Shown here: positions 27,621 through 41,500 of the stretch, in pieces
Position numbering within the stretch: position 1 is the first letter of the stretch
How the letters are laid out: each line of letters starts with the position of its first letter
Source of the DNA: Harriotta raleighana
Taxonomy: Eukaryota
Assembly (NCBI GenBank): GCA_050575255.1
Contig: JBNZDD010013726.1
Location: 2,363,763-2,427,762 of the forward strand
Direction: 5' to 3'
Length of the DNA stretch: 64,000 nucleotides
Translations under genes and position numbers: made by a program
The notes under the pieces: model-generated
Told to the model about the DNA's origin: nothing
What the model saw: only the letters and a program-made list of their open reading frames with translations
Database searches by the model: none

Positions 27621-29894
27621 ACAATCTACCACTTTGAAGCAGTGCAGGTGTAGCTAGATTGCTATATGTATTTTATGACAAAATAGGTGTTAACTCATAT
27701 CATGATAGATAATGATGAGACAGATAGAGGGAGAAAAAATTAATGATGAGTTCCTATCAACTACTCTCTTTGTTTCAGGTCAGGCCCACTAAAAATAAAA
27801 TTGAAAAGCTTCCAAAAACATGCAAGATGTTAATATTTTAAAACGTGAAAATACATTAAATAGATTGGGACTAGGTATCGGCATGCACATCACGGCAGAT
27901 CATTGCAAGTTAACTGGCTGAAATAATTCTACCTCCTCTTGAAGAATTCAATTTTTAAATTATCTGTCTATAAAATCAGGACACATGTAAACCTGTTAGT
28001 GGTGACAACAGGTCATATTGCCATACTGTTAATTAAGATTGCTCTTTCATGAAAGAGTAGATTATTTTGACAGTTCATTATCACTAGTACTGCTATTTTG
28101 TAGATGTGTGCATGTGTGTGTGCATGTCTGGCTGTCTCTCTCTCCCTCTCCGTATTTTTTACGTATTCTTTAACACTTGGGAAATAAGTTGTCCCAAAGC
28201 AGTCACACTGGATCAGCAGGTTGAAGTGATGACTGGTTTCTTGATCTCTTTGTGAGAAATTCTAATTATGCAAAGTAAAACTGGGATTGGAAATGAAAAT
28301 GTTCAGTCAGTTTAATTCATTGGCTATTGATCTTACATTGACTAATATAGTTAGGAAAGCAAATAAATCTTGATTTGATGATTTGACTTTGAAAATGAGA
28401 CTAACATAAAAAGCAGAAGTGATTCGAAGATGTCAAACTTTCCTTCAATTAAATATAAAGGCAGAATGGTTACTGTTAATTGATTTTTACATAAATTACA
28501 GGTTATGAATAATCGAATATAGATTTTAATGTGATACGCAGTTTCGCTAATAGGTTGTATTCTAGTTCACACTGGCAGAGGGCAGCCTTGGGTAAAAGGT
28601 GTGTTGAACGCAGCTTAATATTGTGTAAGGCCTATGAACAGTATATCTGCAATGTTTGCCTTGCTCTGGACAAAGGTGCGAGCTCAGTGGCAAAAATGTT
28701 CATATCAACACCTAATGTGTACTGGTAAAATGTAGGAATTTTATTTATTTGTGCTCAGTTTAGCCATTGGGTGACACCTGTCCTGGATGATCAGGAGTCT
28801 GGGATATGTAATGAGTATGACTGTGAGTAGCTATGGTATGGATCCAGCTGATCTGATAACCAGTGCTACAAGCCTGACACAGGAATAAATCCAAGGACTC
28901 TGCAAAGGTTTTATACTTAATTTCTTTCCAGTCTTAGGGTTATTGGTTGGTGCGAATAATCAATGTTATTGTCACTGGTGGAACCCCAAAAGTTATGTTT
29001 TGCATTGTGAAATGTATTACATATAGTTAATTTGCTTCACAGTGAAAGCCTTACTTTAAAGAAGTCTTGGTCATTTGATTTGGGTTTGCTTTTCCAGTGC
29101 TTTAAGATGCACATAAAATATGCTTGAGTAATTGATTGTACCTGGACTAAACATCCAGTCTAACAAAACCGCACGTCATAGATTGTGGATAGGGGTCCAA
29201 AGACCTGTTTTAATCTATCTGTAAAATATTGTTGGAAGACCAGTGTGGCTCTTTAATCAATGTTTGTGGAACATATATTATAGGAATCCACATTGGTTAA
29301 ATCAAATGAGTACTTATAATAAAAACTGAAAAATGATTCAATCGGCAATTAATATTTGTGTTGATTATCGACCAATAATCACTGAAAGTATCCAGTCAAA
29401 ACACATTACTGTATTTTAATTCTGTGTGACACTCAAACGACACATTTTGAATACTATGCAGTCTTTTGAGAACTGCACGCAACATTCATCATGGTATTCA
29501 AGTGTATTCAGAGTAGGATAATAAGGGATGTTTTTGTAATTTGAAGTTATAAGGACAGGCTCACTGGATTTATCTGAAATGTAGAAATAAATTATTTCAG
29601 CTTCTTCAGAGTCCTTTAACTGTTTACAGAACATGCAAGGCAAGCATAAAATTTACAAAACCGTCAAACTGCTTTGTGGTTTCCTCTCTGTTAGCCTCAG
29701 CTCCTGGTGACATCCTCCCAATGTGAAAAGAACAAATGTAATTTTGTTGTTGTTTTCTGGGACAAATCAGGCTCTGTTTCTGGGGTGTATTATGGTCAAA
29801 GGTAAAATACGCACCTTTTCATCTCAATTTTAACCTGTTCCTCAGTACATCCTCCAATGTGAAAGGTGCTATACAAATGCAATTTTATATTGTG

Positions 29895-30095
29895 GGGCAA
29901 AATCTTGAGCAAGTATCCTTACTCTACATGCCTTATAATAATCCCTCAAGAAAAAAACCCAATAAATTGGTCACTTCCACCCATGACTGTTTGTGGGACG
30001 CTGCTGTGTGCAATTGGATGCTGTGTTTGGTCCACATATATACAGCCAATGCACAATTATATAATCAATGTATCAAATGCAAGGATTATTATTAA
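29895..30095 (+). mobile_element. Deu-SINE, 5'-truncated
   Basis: gcaagtatccttactctacatgcc, core, atcaaatgcaaggattattatt. Confidence 0.8.
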
Positions 30096-32194
30096 TACAC
30101 ACTTTGTTAACAGCCACTTTTTAAAAATCTGTGAAGCTGAAATAATGTCGTTCTTGAATCTATCCAACATATACAATACAACTATTCTAGTGTCAACTAC
30201 CCTTTGTGAGTAGGAGTGTGATAATTTCTCCAATTTCCTTTTTGATATGTGCAAAATGTATCAGCCTACACATGAAATAATACACTTATGATAAAGTACA
30301 CATTGCCCTTTGAAAGATGACTCTTTGTTTTAGATTTCAACCCAATATGTGTTCCATATTTTGCTACAGAACTAGATTACAGTACTACAATATGAAAGTG
30401 AGTCAACATGCTCCAGTTTTCATCCCTCCTAATGATTTTCTAATGATTAATCAGGCTTGTTCTGGTGGTTGATTGACTCTTTTGTTCTGATTTTTATATA
30501 CAGCAGCAAAGCTGCACTTTGCAATGATGTAATGGCAATATCACGTTAGTAGCAGCATATACAGAACAGTGAATAACAAAGTAAGTGCTGAAAGCTCGGC
30601 TGCAGCAGTGTTGAGATTACAGTGCAATAGAAGTTTATTTTGAATGGGTGGCGTAACGGAGAATAACTAACCAATATTAGAATTCATCCCACTGAATATA
30701 CTGTATGTATGTTTGTGTGTGTGTATGCAATTGGTATGTGGTTAACACCATAGCTTTTCTATTAAACTCATTTGGCACTTTGTACATATCTGGAATTTTG
30801 TGCACATGAGTAGGGATCTTTGTCCATTTGCAGCTGGCATTGTGGAGTTGGAAGAAATTCTTACTGGATCACCATATACAGAACATTTTGAACACATGAT
30901 TGAAACTCTACCTGGTTAGAATAACAGCAGCTATTTACAACACATACGCACACACACACACACTGCAATAATGAAGTTCCATCTCGCGCTGAATGTCACT
31001 CACATGGTTATCAAAATAAAACTCTGGATGCTTTGTTGATAGTTCTCTGCCAGTCTCACTACTTGTGTCCTCTCTCCTTAGGCAATACTTCCAGCATTAG
31101 GTAAACTGAATAACAGTAAACCAGCAAATTGCTAATATAATGAGGATTTTAAAAAAATGTATCGAAGTCGGTCAATACCCTGCTTCACATTACCACCAGG
31201 AGGATAAGCTACTCCCATGTAACCCAGAGCAACATCAGAAATTCAGCCCACTGATCAATCTATAATAGATTTTCCATTTGTGCATGTAAGTGTACACGCA
31301 AAACGGTGTGTTTGCACATGTGTTTTGAGAAGGATAAAAGGTCATCCTCCATCTGTGTAATGGAAGAATAAAAAAAACTCAGCTCACTTAGAAATGTTGG
31401 ATTGTGTGCATGTTAGAGCAATCGTCTATATTTGCGGACCTGTGCATGAACTCCATTCCCTGTTGAGCTGAAACACAGTCTTCCCATTATTAAGGTGACC
31501 TTTAGTCTTTGCAGTAATATGGGAGGGAAGGGTTGACCAGATCTATATTTCACTATTGTAAACTGAAGCAGCGGAGGTTTTGTTTTACCCCACCCTTGCA
31601 CCTCGGGATTTAAGATGCATTCTATGTTTAATATAAAGAGACAAAATATCAGGATTAATCTGAACCCTCAAGAGAGGTAGAGAGTGTTAATTGGGGGGAG
31701 GGAGGGGCGAAAAAGTGTTTTAGTGTTGAAATCAAATCAGGTCATGCAGAATAAAACTGAATATTCAAGTAATGATTGATGAATATGTGTAATATTTGCC
31801 AAATGAAAAATAGGCTGAATGAACCAAGTTAAGTGTTTCAGTTTTGGCCTTCAGTACTACTGTTGAAGAATCATGTCATTATTTTAAAGCGTGACTTGCT
31901 GTGTTTTAATATTTACTGGTGATCCAAACTTGCTTTAATACCATTTGAGCACAAAATGCCTATATTTTTATAATTTCTCAAAGAAGCTGCCTTCTGGGAC
32001 TAGAGATTCGACTTTGCTTTGGTTGCTATTCTGGAGGTGGTGCCAAGCATGGCAAGCACATGAAACCCTTTAGATCTACTTGTTGCTCTGGATGATCATA
32101 GTCGATGCTCAAACACAAAGACAGAAATCCTGTTCACTTGCCACTTTAGTGGTAAGTCTTCTGCTCCAATGAGGCCTTTTACATAATATAGCAT

Positions 32195-32960
32195 TAGAAA
32201 TTATGGAATTAGGAAGAGGAAAGGTTATTTGACTCCTAAAGCTTGCTACCCCCAGAGAGCATATGTTTATGATGAACTCCATCTGATTTGTTTAATCTCC
32301 TGAGGGAATTCCATGACGTTCTTACTTTGGTAGGAGTTCATTCTAGACATCTTGGAGTCTCTGGAGAGGGAATACTTCTCATCTCAAATTAGTTCTAAAA
32401 TTACTTGAGGTTTGCCAATTGTATATTCCTGTCCTCTAGATTTGTGATCATAGTTTTTAAGTCTTACACCCTTTACTTAAAAAAAAGTTAATATACCTTT
32501 TCAATCATATTTTCTTCTAAAATCCAGTTTATTCTGTATCTTTTCGATTATGTAATCGGTATGCATTCTGATACGCAGTAGTTTAGTAGACAGTATAGGT
32601 TTCTGTTCCCTAGATTGGTAAAAGTTTTGAGTTCCTGAGAACATGTTCAACACTTACTGATACAATTTCAACAATTTTTAAACATCTGAGGATATGGATC
32701 TTTGGGGGAGGAATGGATTCCCAATCTCATCTCTGATAGAATCTTAAAGAGGGAATCTTTCAGAGATGATTGTGTAAACCCACCAGCAAAATGATTGCTC
32801 ATTTTAGAGATCAACTGCCTATTTGCTTTCTCACTGGTGGATTCATTGTCAATATTTGGGTGAATGGCTGAGTTACTGCACAATAATATAATTGGTAAAT
32901 GAAACATAAAACAGCCAATAATAAAACATATTGTTTTATTCCAATGAAAAGAGTTTGTCA
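32195..32960 (-). mobile_element. Highly degenerate CR1-clade LINE
   Basis: Begins with a reversed CR1-type end (tagaaattatggaattaggaagagga); the downstream sequence is consistent with antisense ORF2. Confidence 0.55.
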
Positions 32961-35900
32961 CCTGGACACTCTTGAAAGATATTGGATGGTGAGCAGGTAT
33001 ACACTTTAGGTTATATGAGCTAAATCAATGGCTTGGAAACAAACGTGTGTGTGGCGTTGTTCATTTTATATTCGTGACAGCTGACACAGCTCAAATATTG
33101 AAACGCTGAATAATATATGAGGTTGGGTTGGGAAGGTTAAGTTTGGTATTGAATCATCTGTCAGTATGACATATATTTAATGGTGGGACGATCAAGATAT
33201 TTTTATGACATTCCATCAGTAAATCAGGCTCTAGGTATTTCAAAAAGTCAAACCATTTCTTCATTGATACTGAAAACAGAGGAGTGCAAATATATAGATG
33301 AAATAAGGGTGAGAAAAATCACCTTTTGAGGGTTCCTGGTGGAAGGGACCATTACCCCTTGTATTATTTTTGTATATGGAAGTTATATTTGTTTCATGTT
33401 TTATATTAGCACTATTTTCCATTGTAGAGATAATGCTATAGAGAAAGTAGACAAAGTGCCTTAATATCCATTTTCCAATTTTCCTATTATCACCTTGCTT
33501 GTACCCAGGGGTGTATTCAACCCTCACTTTCAGTTCTGTGAAATAATTTTAGAATTGAATTGAATATTTTGGGAGAAATAAAAGAGAATATTTCCCAGTA
33601 GAAAATAATGTCATGTTGCTTGCCTCCCATTTTAAGTCTCAATTTCCATTTAATTCCTGCTTTAATGTGTATTATAAGGATTGATTGGTCACCTTCTGTG
33701 CCGTATCATTCTATGAAACAGGGTGAAGTAATCTATTCCCAGACCTAAAAGCTGCTTGTGTTTAGGTATGTGAACATACTGTAGGTTAAGTTGCCTTCCA
33801 GCTTTTCTTTATTACCCAATCTTTGCTTTCAAGTTTCCTCAATAATACACCATGCTCACTGCAAGGATGCAATCACCAACCAGACTACCGACTATCTGAG
33901 TTTCACACTCTCAACAATAACTTTACTTTTGTCAATCGTCTACATCCAGTTTTGTGAAAACCTCTCCTGCAAACTCCGGTGGAGGGGGAGAAGCATTTCC
34001 TGTTCAAAGTATTTTATATCATCGCGTCAGCACATTCTCTGGTGACTGGTCATGTCCCTTAGCTGTCTTAGATTTACTTATGAACCAAACTGAATGTATA
34101 GGGCATGCACTCCCATGCTGATACTCCAAACATTCTGATCTGTTCTTCCACAAGAAAGTGATGTGCTGCCCGTTGGGAAGATCATAGGTGTTTCTACCTT
34201 AAGTATAGTCTGCTCACAATGTAAATGTTGGCAACATATATTAATAATGGACCTGATTGTTGCCTTTCGTTAATGCAAACACTTTCATTATTCATGCAAT
34301 TGTTTCAGCTTGCCACCTCATCGTTCACTAAGTACTGGAAAGTAGCCAATGTTAATGTCATACTAAAGTATTTAAACTGTCCCATCATTATAAATTAGAA
34401 ACATTTTCTAAATGAGTTTTTTGTAAAATAGCATGCTTCATGCTTTACGCTTTAGGGACTACACTAGAGTAGGACCAAATAATGCCCTTATCTGTGAGTA
34501 CTTGAAAAAAATCTGTGCTTGTGTAATACATTAAAGTGTCATTTCAAAGTACAGGTTTGTTAGAAAGAATATGTTATAAATTTAGTGCCCAGTTGACTGC
34601 ACCTTCCATGCTTTTGGTATTTGTAAGATGTTTTGCTGAAACAACAATAACAAATTGGATTTATAAAGTGCCCTTCACATTGAGAGGATGAAACACGTTT
34701 TGATGCTAATTCTTGCTACTCGGGGATGCCAATACACAGGAATTTCCATGTAGGTGGGCTGCACGTAACTCTCAGTTTGGCTTGGATCCCCTTAAGCAGG
34801 TGATGGGTTTCGCATGCGTCAGATACCTGGCTCATTTGCAAAATGGATTAGCACACTTTGCATCACTGAAGACTGAAACAACTTTGTACTTTATAATTTA
34901 CAAAGTGGATCTACGTGAGATTGAGGATTCAAGAGCATATATATAGAGCAAACATAGACTGTTGATAACATAATGAATCACTCCCAACGAAGTTCAGTAC
35001 TTGTGGTAAACCATGCTAAGTTACATTACTAATTTCAATCAAGTCTAAGACATCTATTCACAAGCAATTGGACCTTGACTTTAAGCACTACCTGGGGGCT
35101 TGTGACCTTCAGTGACTATAGAGGAGTGAAGTGTTGCCTTAACTGACAGTTCCATGTACTTTGACATCATTGTAATCTTCTCTCTGCATTGCTTAAGACC
35201 TGCATCCATGTGGCATTGTAACTGATAGCTGTACAGGTCTAAATGCTGCAAGGCCAGGCAGTACATCCATTAGTCATCTAACTCTAACCTCAAATGGTTG
35301 TGGCAATATTCCAATGGATAGTGATGGTAAGGAGAAGTAAACACTGAAGGGTCTAAAGTTATTTGGTTCATTGACTTCAATCTGAAAAGCTATTCCCTGC
35401 TTTGACTCTTATTTTTATTTCAAATCAAATTTGATCTAAACTCTTACCACCCTGTAATTGGTTTCAAGAAGATAAATGAATATTTATATTGTAACTAGTC
35501 TCCATGACACTTAATAATATGCTGCAATATGTCAATGAAATGATGGCTAGAAGCACATGACAGTTTATGAATCGCTCTTTGAATCATACTACATTCAGCA
35601 TGTGTTACTTTGTACAGAAATCATTTGTTGGTAAAATTCTTCTTCTGGCTTCTTTACAAAAAAAAAGGCTGCAGTATTTAGGTTATTTTAATAGTAATAA
35701 TAATCCTTGCATTTTGATATAGCACTTTTCTCATCTTCGAATTGCATACAATGTCTGACAGTGAGCATTGTAGCCAATGCAAAGCTCCCACAATCAATTT
35801 GCAGGTCTGAGATGAAATTCGATGGGTTTTATTTCTTGCTTGTCACAAGGGAAGAGTGTTTATTACAATCTATAATTTTGCTTCTGGGTTGTAAATCATT

Positions 35901-36164
35901 TTCTTGCAGTCCTGTAAATTCAGTGTGCTGACAGTGATGATGTCTCAATACTCTCTTTCAACACTGGGTCATTTCCGAGCTACCTTAAACCTGGTGGCCT
36001 TATTTTCATGAGTTCAGTGATTCTAAAGAGAATGGACAGTACTGACCAGGAATTGTGCTCCCAATTTTAGCTGCTCTGTTGCCTCACTCTAAAATCACTC
36101 TTCTTCAGTCCCTCCCATTTTTGTTTCAAAACCTCACTTTCTCACTTCCCTCCTAGGATCAGGA

Positions 36165-36300
36165 TAATGATAATAATAATAATAATAATACTTCTTGTAT
36201 TTTGATATGGCAACTTATCACACCTTTGAGACATCTCAAGGAGCTTCACAGAATGCAGTGGAAAGTAAATTAACTGGATATTTTGTGGGCCGAATGTGGT
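36165..36300 (-). mobile_element. Deu-SINE 3' fragment with (TAA)n
   Basis: (taa)n, cttcacagaat, ttgtgggccgaa. Confidence 0.7.
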
Positions 36301-37559
36301 GGAGAGAAAGGAATAACAAAATCTGAGGATATATCCTTAATGTCAGCAATCTGATTGTTGTATGCCAACTCAGTTAACTGCACACATTTCATTTCATTCA
36401 TTTTCACACGTGAATTTCATTTCATTGAGAGTAGTCAAATACCGGAACAGCCTTTATCTTTATATATTATATTTATATAGCGCCTTTCACGTCAGGAGGA
36501 CNACAAATACCGGAACAGCCTTTATCTTTATATATTATATATTATATTTATATAGCGCCTTTCACGTCAGGAGGACGTCCCAAGGCGCCTTCAAGTGAAT
36601 TATGGAATTTCCAATTCCCCTATAGCAATTGAGGAGGGGCATATACAGAAACATTTAGCTCTTACTGTCAGCACCAATGAGAGCCAAGTATTGTCTGGCT
36701 TCCTCTTTGAGACAAAGGTTTGCAGATTTCCTGCTGGAGTATAAAACCTCCACTCACACCCAATTATAAGGCAGTCTTGGAAGAACAGTGACTAATTTTC
36801 ACTATCTACATCTCAACAATGAAGCATCAGCTATTGCCTCCTACTTTATTCAGTCCTAGTGAAATGACAAATTGTATTAATTCTACAGTTACTGGTCCTC
36901 CTAGACTAATATATTCCACCCTTTTTGCAAAGCTCTGCCAAAGTTATGTTGCTTTACCAAGCAGGACTCATAGATATTTCATTCTGGGAGCTTGACTTTG
37001 AGTTATGCCTCACGCTAGAAAACTGAACAGAGCAATTTCCACACATAATAAAGGGGGGAAGTTAGTGTATTAATCCTCCTTTATAAAATGCACTAAAGTA
37101 ACATTTTGCATTTCTGTTAATGGCTCACATTCATTTTACAAAAGGCATTTCGCTGTATGATAATGGACCTTTCTTTAGTTAAATTTCAGCAGTTAATTGA
37201 CAACTCCTATTTTCTTTCTCCCATTGGACTTGCTTCATACTTGACTGTTCTGATGAACAGGATGGGCTAAATTTTAAAAATTTATTATGAGCATAACATT
37301 CAATTAAAAGTTGAAGTCCGGTTGCTGAGTAGTTAATTGGTGTTTTTTTTACTAAAGATAAGCTCTTTGTGTAGGAGACGGGAAGGATCATTGAAAGGTA
37401 GCTTGTATCATAAATTGGATTGCACTTTTTAATTATACATATGGTCATAAAGGGGAGCGATATTAGTGCTTTAGGGAAGCTTGGGACCACTATCAACTTT
37501 TCTCTCCTGTAATGGAGAGTGAAGGAAATGGGTATACATGTAAAACAGCCAGCTATGCA

Positions 37560-37673
37560 GATAATAATAATAATCCTTGCATTTGATATAGCGCTTTTCA
37601 CGTCTTATCGACGTCCCAAAGTGCTTCACAGAATATACTGGAAAGTGAATTGACTGTATATTTGTGGGCGGAA
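37560..37673 (-). mobile_element. Young Deu-SINE 3' fragment
   Basis: Near-identical to 18537-18651. Confidence 0.88.
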
Positions 37674-38469
37674 CAAAGGTTTTGTGTGATATTAAAAGTA
37701 TTGCTGGATTTTGCTGATGCCAGAAGAAAGAAAAGAAATATGCTTGTTTTCCCTTTCTACTTCAGTCCTGTATTCATAGAAGGATATCTTCATATAGTTG
37801 CTGAATGATTAAGAAGAATATGATTCTTTAGTGTTGATCATAACTGTGTGTCCCTCCTCTGTGTTTACACTCCAGAACTTCATTTCGCATCAAATGTCCA
37901 GATCCTTACATCACGTTCTGCTAATGTTCTGTTGGATATACAGATGGTAGAAAGGAGTACTACATAAAGTCCAGACATCCAGGTTAGATGTATATTGCAA
38001 TATGAAAAGACCAAGTCTGAGAATTATTTCCAGATGACCTGGGAGGTGCCCTTTTTTCATGCTTTGTTTAATACAGGATTTTTTGGACCCAAACAAATAC
38101 ATTATAATTGGCTTGTCCTGCTAACGCCATCTTTTGGCCGGATAAAACGCAACTTAAACAATTCTGCTTGGAAGAGAAAGCAAATGCTTCCAGCAATTAA
38201 GTAGTTCAGGTAACTGCTCAGCTAACTTAGCACAGACTAGTAAACTTTCTGTCCTGTATGATTAAGATACGCACAAATTGACCACGAGACAACTAAACTC
38301 CCAACTAGTGACCTGGCTGAGAACTGACTTCAGACCAGCTTGCTTAAGTGCCAAGAAGTCTTGTATCATGGCTTGCTTTGCAGGGCAGTGATGGTAATAC
38401 CAGCTGCAGTAAATCTACAGTACCTTACTTCTTAAATATGTTGAGACTAGACTGAATACTATATAATTA

Positions 38470-38595
38470 ATCTCCATTGAGACTCATTTAAGAACCAGCT
38501 TGATGCTCTAATGGGAAGATGATAGGTCTGGATATTCTGGAAAGTTGAAATCAAATGGGCCGAAGCATTTTCTTCATCATTATTAAGTTGTGAAA
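38470..38595 (+). mobile_element. CR1 3'-end fragment
   Basis: catttaagaaccagcttgatg...aatgggccgaagcattttcttcatc parallels 24667-24770. Confidence 0.55.
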
Positions 38596-41500
38596 CAAAT
38601 TGAAATGGAGATAGAGAGAGCTATCCATCCCATTACCTATGTATGAGTGTGGATATTAGCATTTATCTGCTAGTTTGTTATTTCTAAAAGAACATCAGGG
38701 TTGAGGCACAAAATATGGAAACAATAAACACTCATTCTTTTCCATTAGTTATTTCATGCAATATTTCATTCTGCTGTCCTGTCAGAAGAGGAGGTATTTA
38801 GATTTCTCTCAGTAATATCTAGGAAATTTGATTTGTATGTTTATCACAACCTAAAGGCCACCACTGTGTACAAATAGGAAATAATCAGATTTAACAATTT
38901 CTGGATAACTTGGTTTTCCAGTGCAAATGAGAGAAACATTTGGCCTTTAAACTCTGTTAAAAACGTAGGTTATCTGATTAAATGTGCACTTAACTAATGG
39001 GAGCAACTGTAATGCTAAGTACAGGTCAGAGGTAGGGCAGGCACTTGTCCCTCTAAAAATCAGTTTAACATTGCAGAATGAGAATTTCTCCATGTTTTGA
39101 ATCTACAGCTGTAACCAGTAAGAGAAAGACTCAGATTGTTTCCAGGGTTGTCAGAGCTGTAAATGGGATTGATGTTATATGATTGGGAAGAATATGCTCC
39201 ATATTTAGGATTTATATAAACAGCTTCCTTGAACAGCTTCATTCCTCACTGAATTTCACTAGGTTTGGAAGATTAGGTGCCGGAGTTCAAGTGTGAAGAA
39301 GGTAAATTATGCAATATCCCTTGGAGGTTGTGAATTTTTCCTGAGTTTAATTTATGTGATGAGTACTATTTAATGCCATTTCCTATAAAGGTATTCCTAT
39401 TACGTTTAAAGCAGGACAAGATATTCTACCTAGATTATTGTACATAGATGATGTTTTAGATTGCAACTAATAGCAATGAATTTCATTACAGTGCAGTATC
39501 TTAAATGCCCATAAATATTATAAAATCTAGATTAAAATGTCTTGGATGCAGTAAAATGTATAATATATACTAGAACATTATAGCCCAATAAAGCAGAGTG
39601 TATTATTTTTGAGTAGAGCATTATATTCCCAATACCTGGCAATGTTGCACCCATTGGCTTCTTGTTCAATTTTAAAGAAGAAATTCTGTGATAAAGCAAA
39701 GTATGGCGGCTATCCTGATTTCAGATGATAAAAAAACATTACTGGTGATAGTGGAAGATTTTTTGATGCTTACCGCATTCCAGGTCACCATCAAAAATAA
39801 GCTGTGGTTAAAGAATTTGTGTAGTCGTAACCTGTAAAGGAACTTTCAAATAGCTTGATGCTATTTTACAATCTTGCTCTTTAAATGTAGAGAAGGTTGG
39901 TCTCTTTACTCCACACATTATACCATTATCCTTTACGCTTCCTGTATTTTTCCTTGAGAAGCGCAATATAAATGTTTTCCCACAAAAACTCAGTTACTTC
40001 ACTTTAATGGAGTACTTTGAGACATCCTCCCGATGTGAAAGGTACAATAATAAATGTGTAGAACATTATTATTAACAATAACAGATACTTTTTTTGTAAA
40101 AGAATCTGATGGATCATGAAAGAAGCATTATAAAAACACAGCATCAGTACCTTGCTAACCCCTCTTAATATAATGAAGTAAGGAAAATAATCTTGTTGCA
40201 TTTTTTCACCCAAATCAATATGTGTGTGCAACTTAAGAAGTAAACCATATGCCTGTAAGTTCATGGGGGGAAGGGTTAAAGCTGCAGCTCCATTAATTAT
40301 GCTTCTGTGTTTATTTCAGTGTGAAATTTACACCTTACTGAATTGGGGCTTTTTATTTGGAGTATTTTTATTCTATATATTTTTAGAAATACATTTTTAT
40401 AAAAAATATATTATAAAAACATGAATTGTTTTTATTCTTTATTTGGCATGGGTTTTGTGTCGAAATATTTCCTGCTCATACAAACCAACTGTAATGTTCC
40501 AAACATATATATATATATATATTCAGAGGGTCACTATGTACTGTAGTAAAGATCAGGACCCGGAACCCTGATGGATTCTTACTGCTCCCCACCCTCACAA
40601 TCCACCTTGCATCTCAATTGAGTACAAAATTGTACAATTATCTTTGACATATAGCACACGTAAGATACACATCGAAGATGATTATAGGCACTGTCAAGTA
40701 CGAATGAATGGTAAGGCTTTCTGCCCACAGCTAATCAGATCCTAATATCTTAAAATTGCTCTTGCCTTTCTGAAATGTGGGTGGAAAAAATTGTAACTGT
40801 ATAACACACAGTACAGCTGAGACACCAAATATTTGCCTATGGATATGGATGGTTGAATTTCCGCAGGTCAATTGTTGATTCCTGATGAATGACCCAGTGT
40901 TGCTTTGTCCTGTTGATAAAACTGGGGAAGTTACTCATTATCCATCAATGTCATCCTCCACCTTAATCAGCAGTAGGAAATGCACTCACTCAGTTCACTT
41001 AGTCAGTGATCTCCATTTCTGATCTTTTTGTGTGCTTATATCATGATGGGTGGGAGGAGGGAAGTGGGCAATCTCTGTCTTTAAGATGCATTAAGTTACC
41101 ACTGGGACTTGGAAATAATGGACTTTAAAAGCAAATCTCTGCTTAATCCAGGTTTACTGAAGTTGCACTAAATCACCTGAGAGACTGCACAGTAGTGGCT
41201 ACTATAGGCAGGTGGGCTGTTTGCCTCTTCTCTTCTCTAATCTACTGTAGTTATGGGAAAGCTCTCTTTATAATGGCAATTGATTTAGGGAAGAACCAGA
41301 ATTGGGCTTTAAATTCACGTTTATTCTTTCCCCTTTCTCGGAATAATGTAAACCTGGTACTGAGTAAAACTTTCACATTGTCATTCAGCTTCAATGAATC
41401 AGATGGATTTGAGCTGTTTGGATTTCATGAAAAATATTTTCCTTAGCCTGTGTAAAGACTATAATCAATATCATATGGAAATTGAATGTTTATACATGAA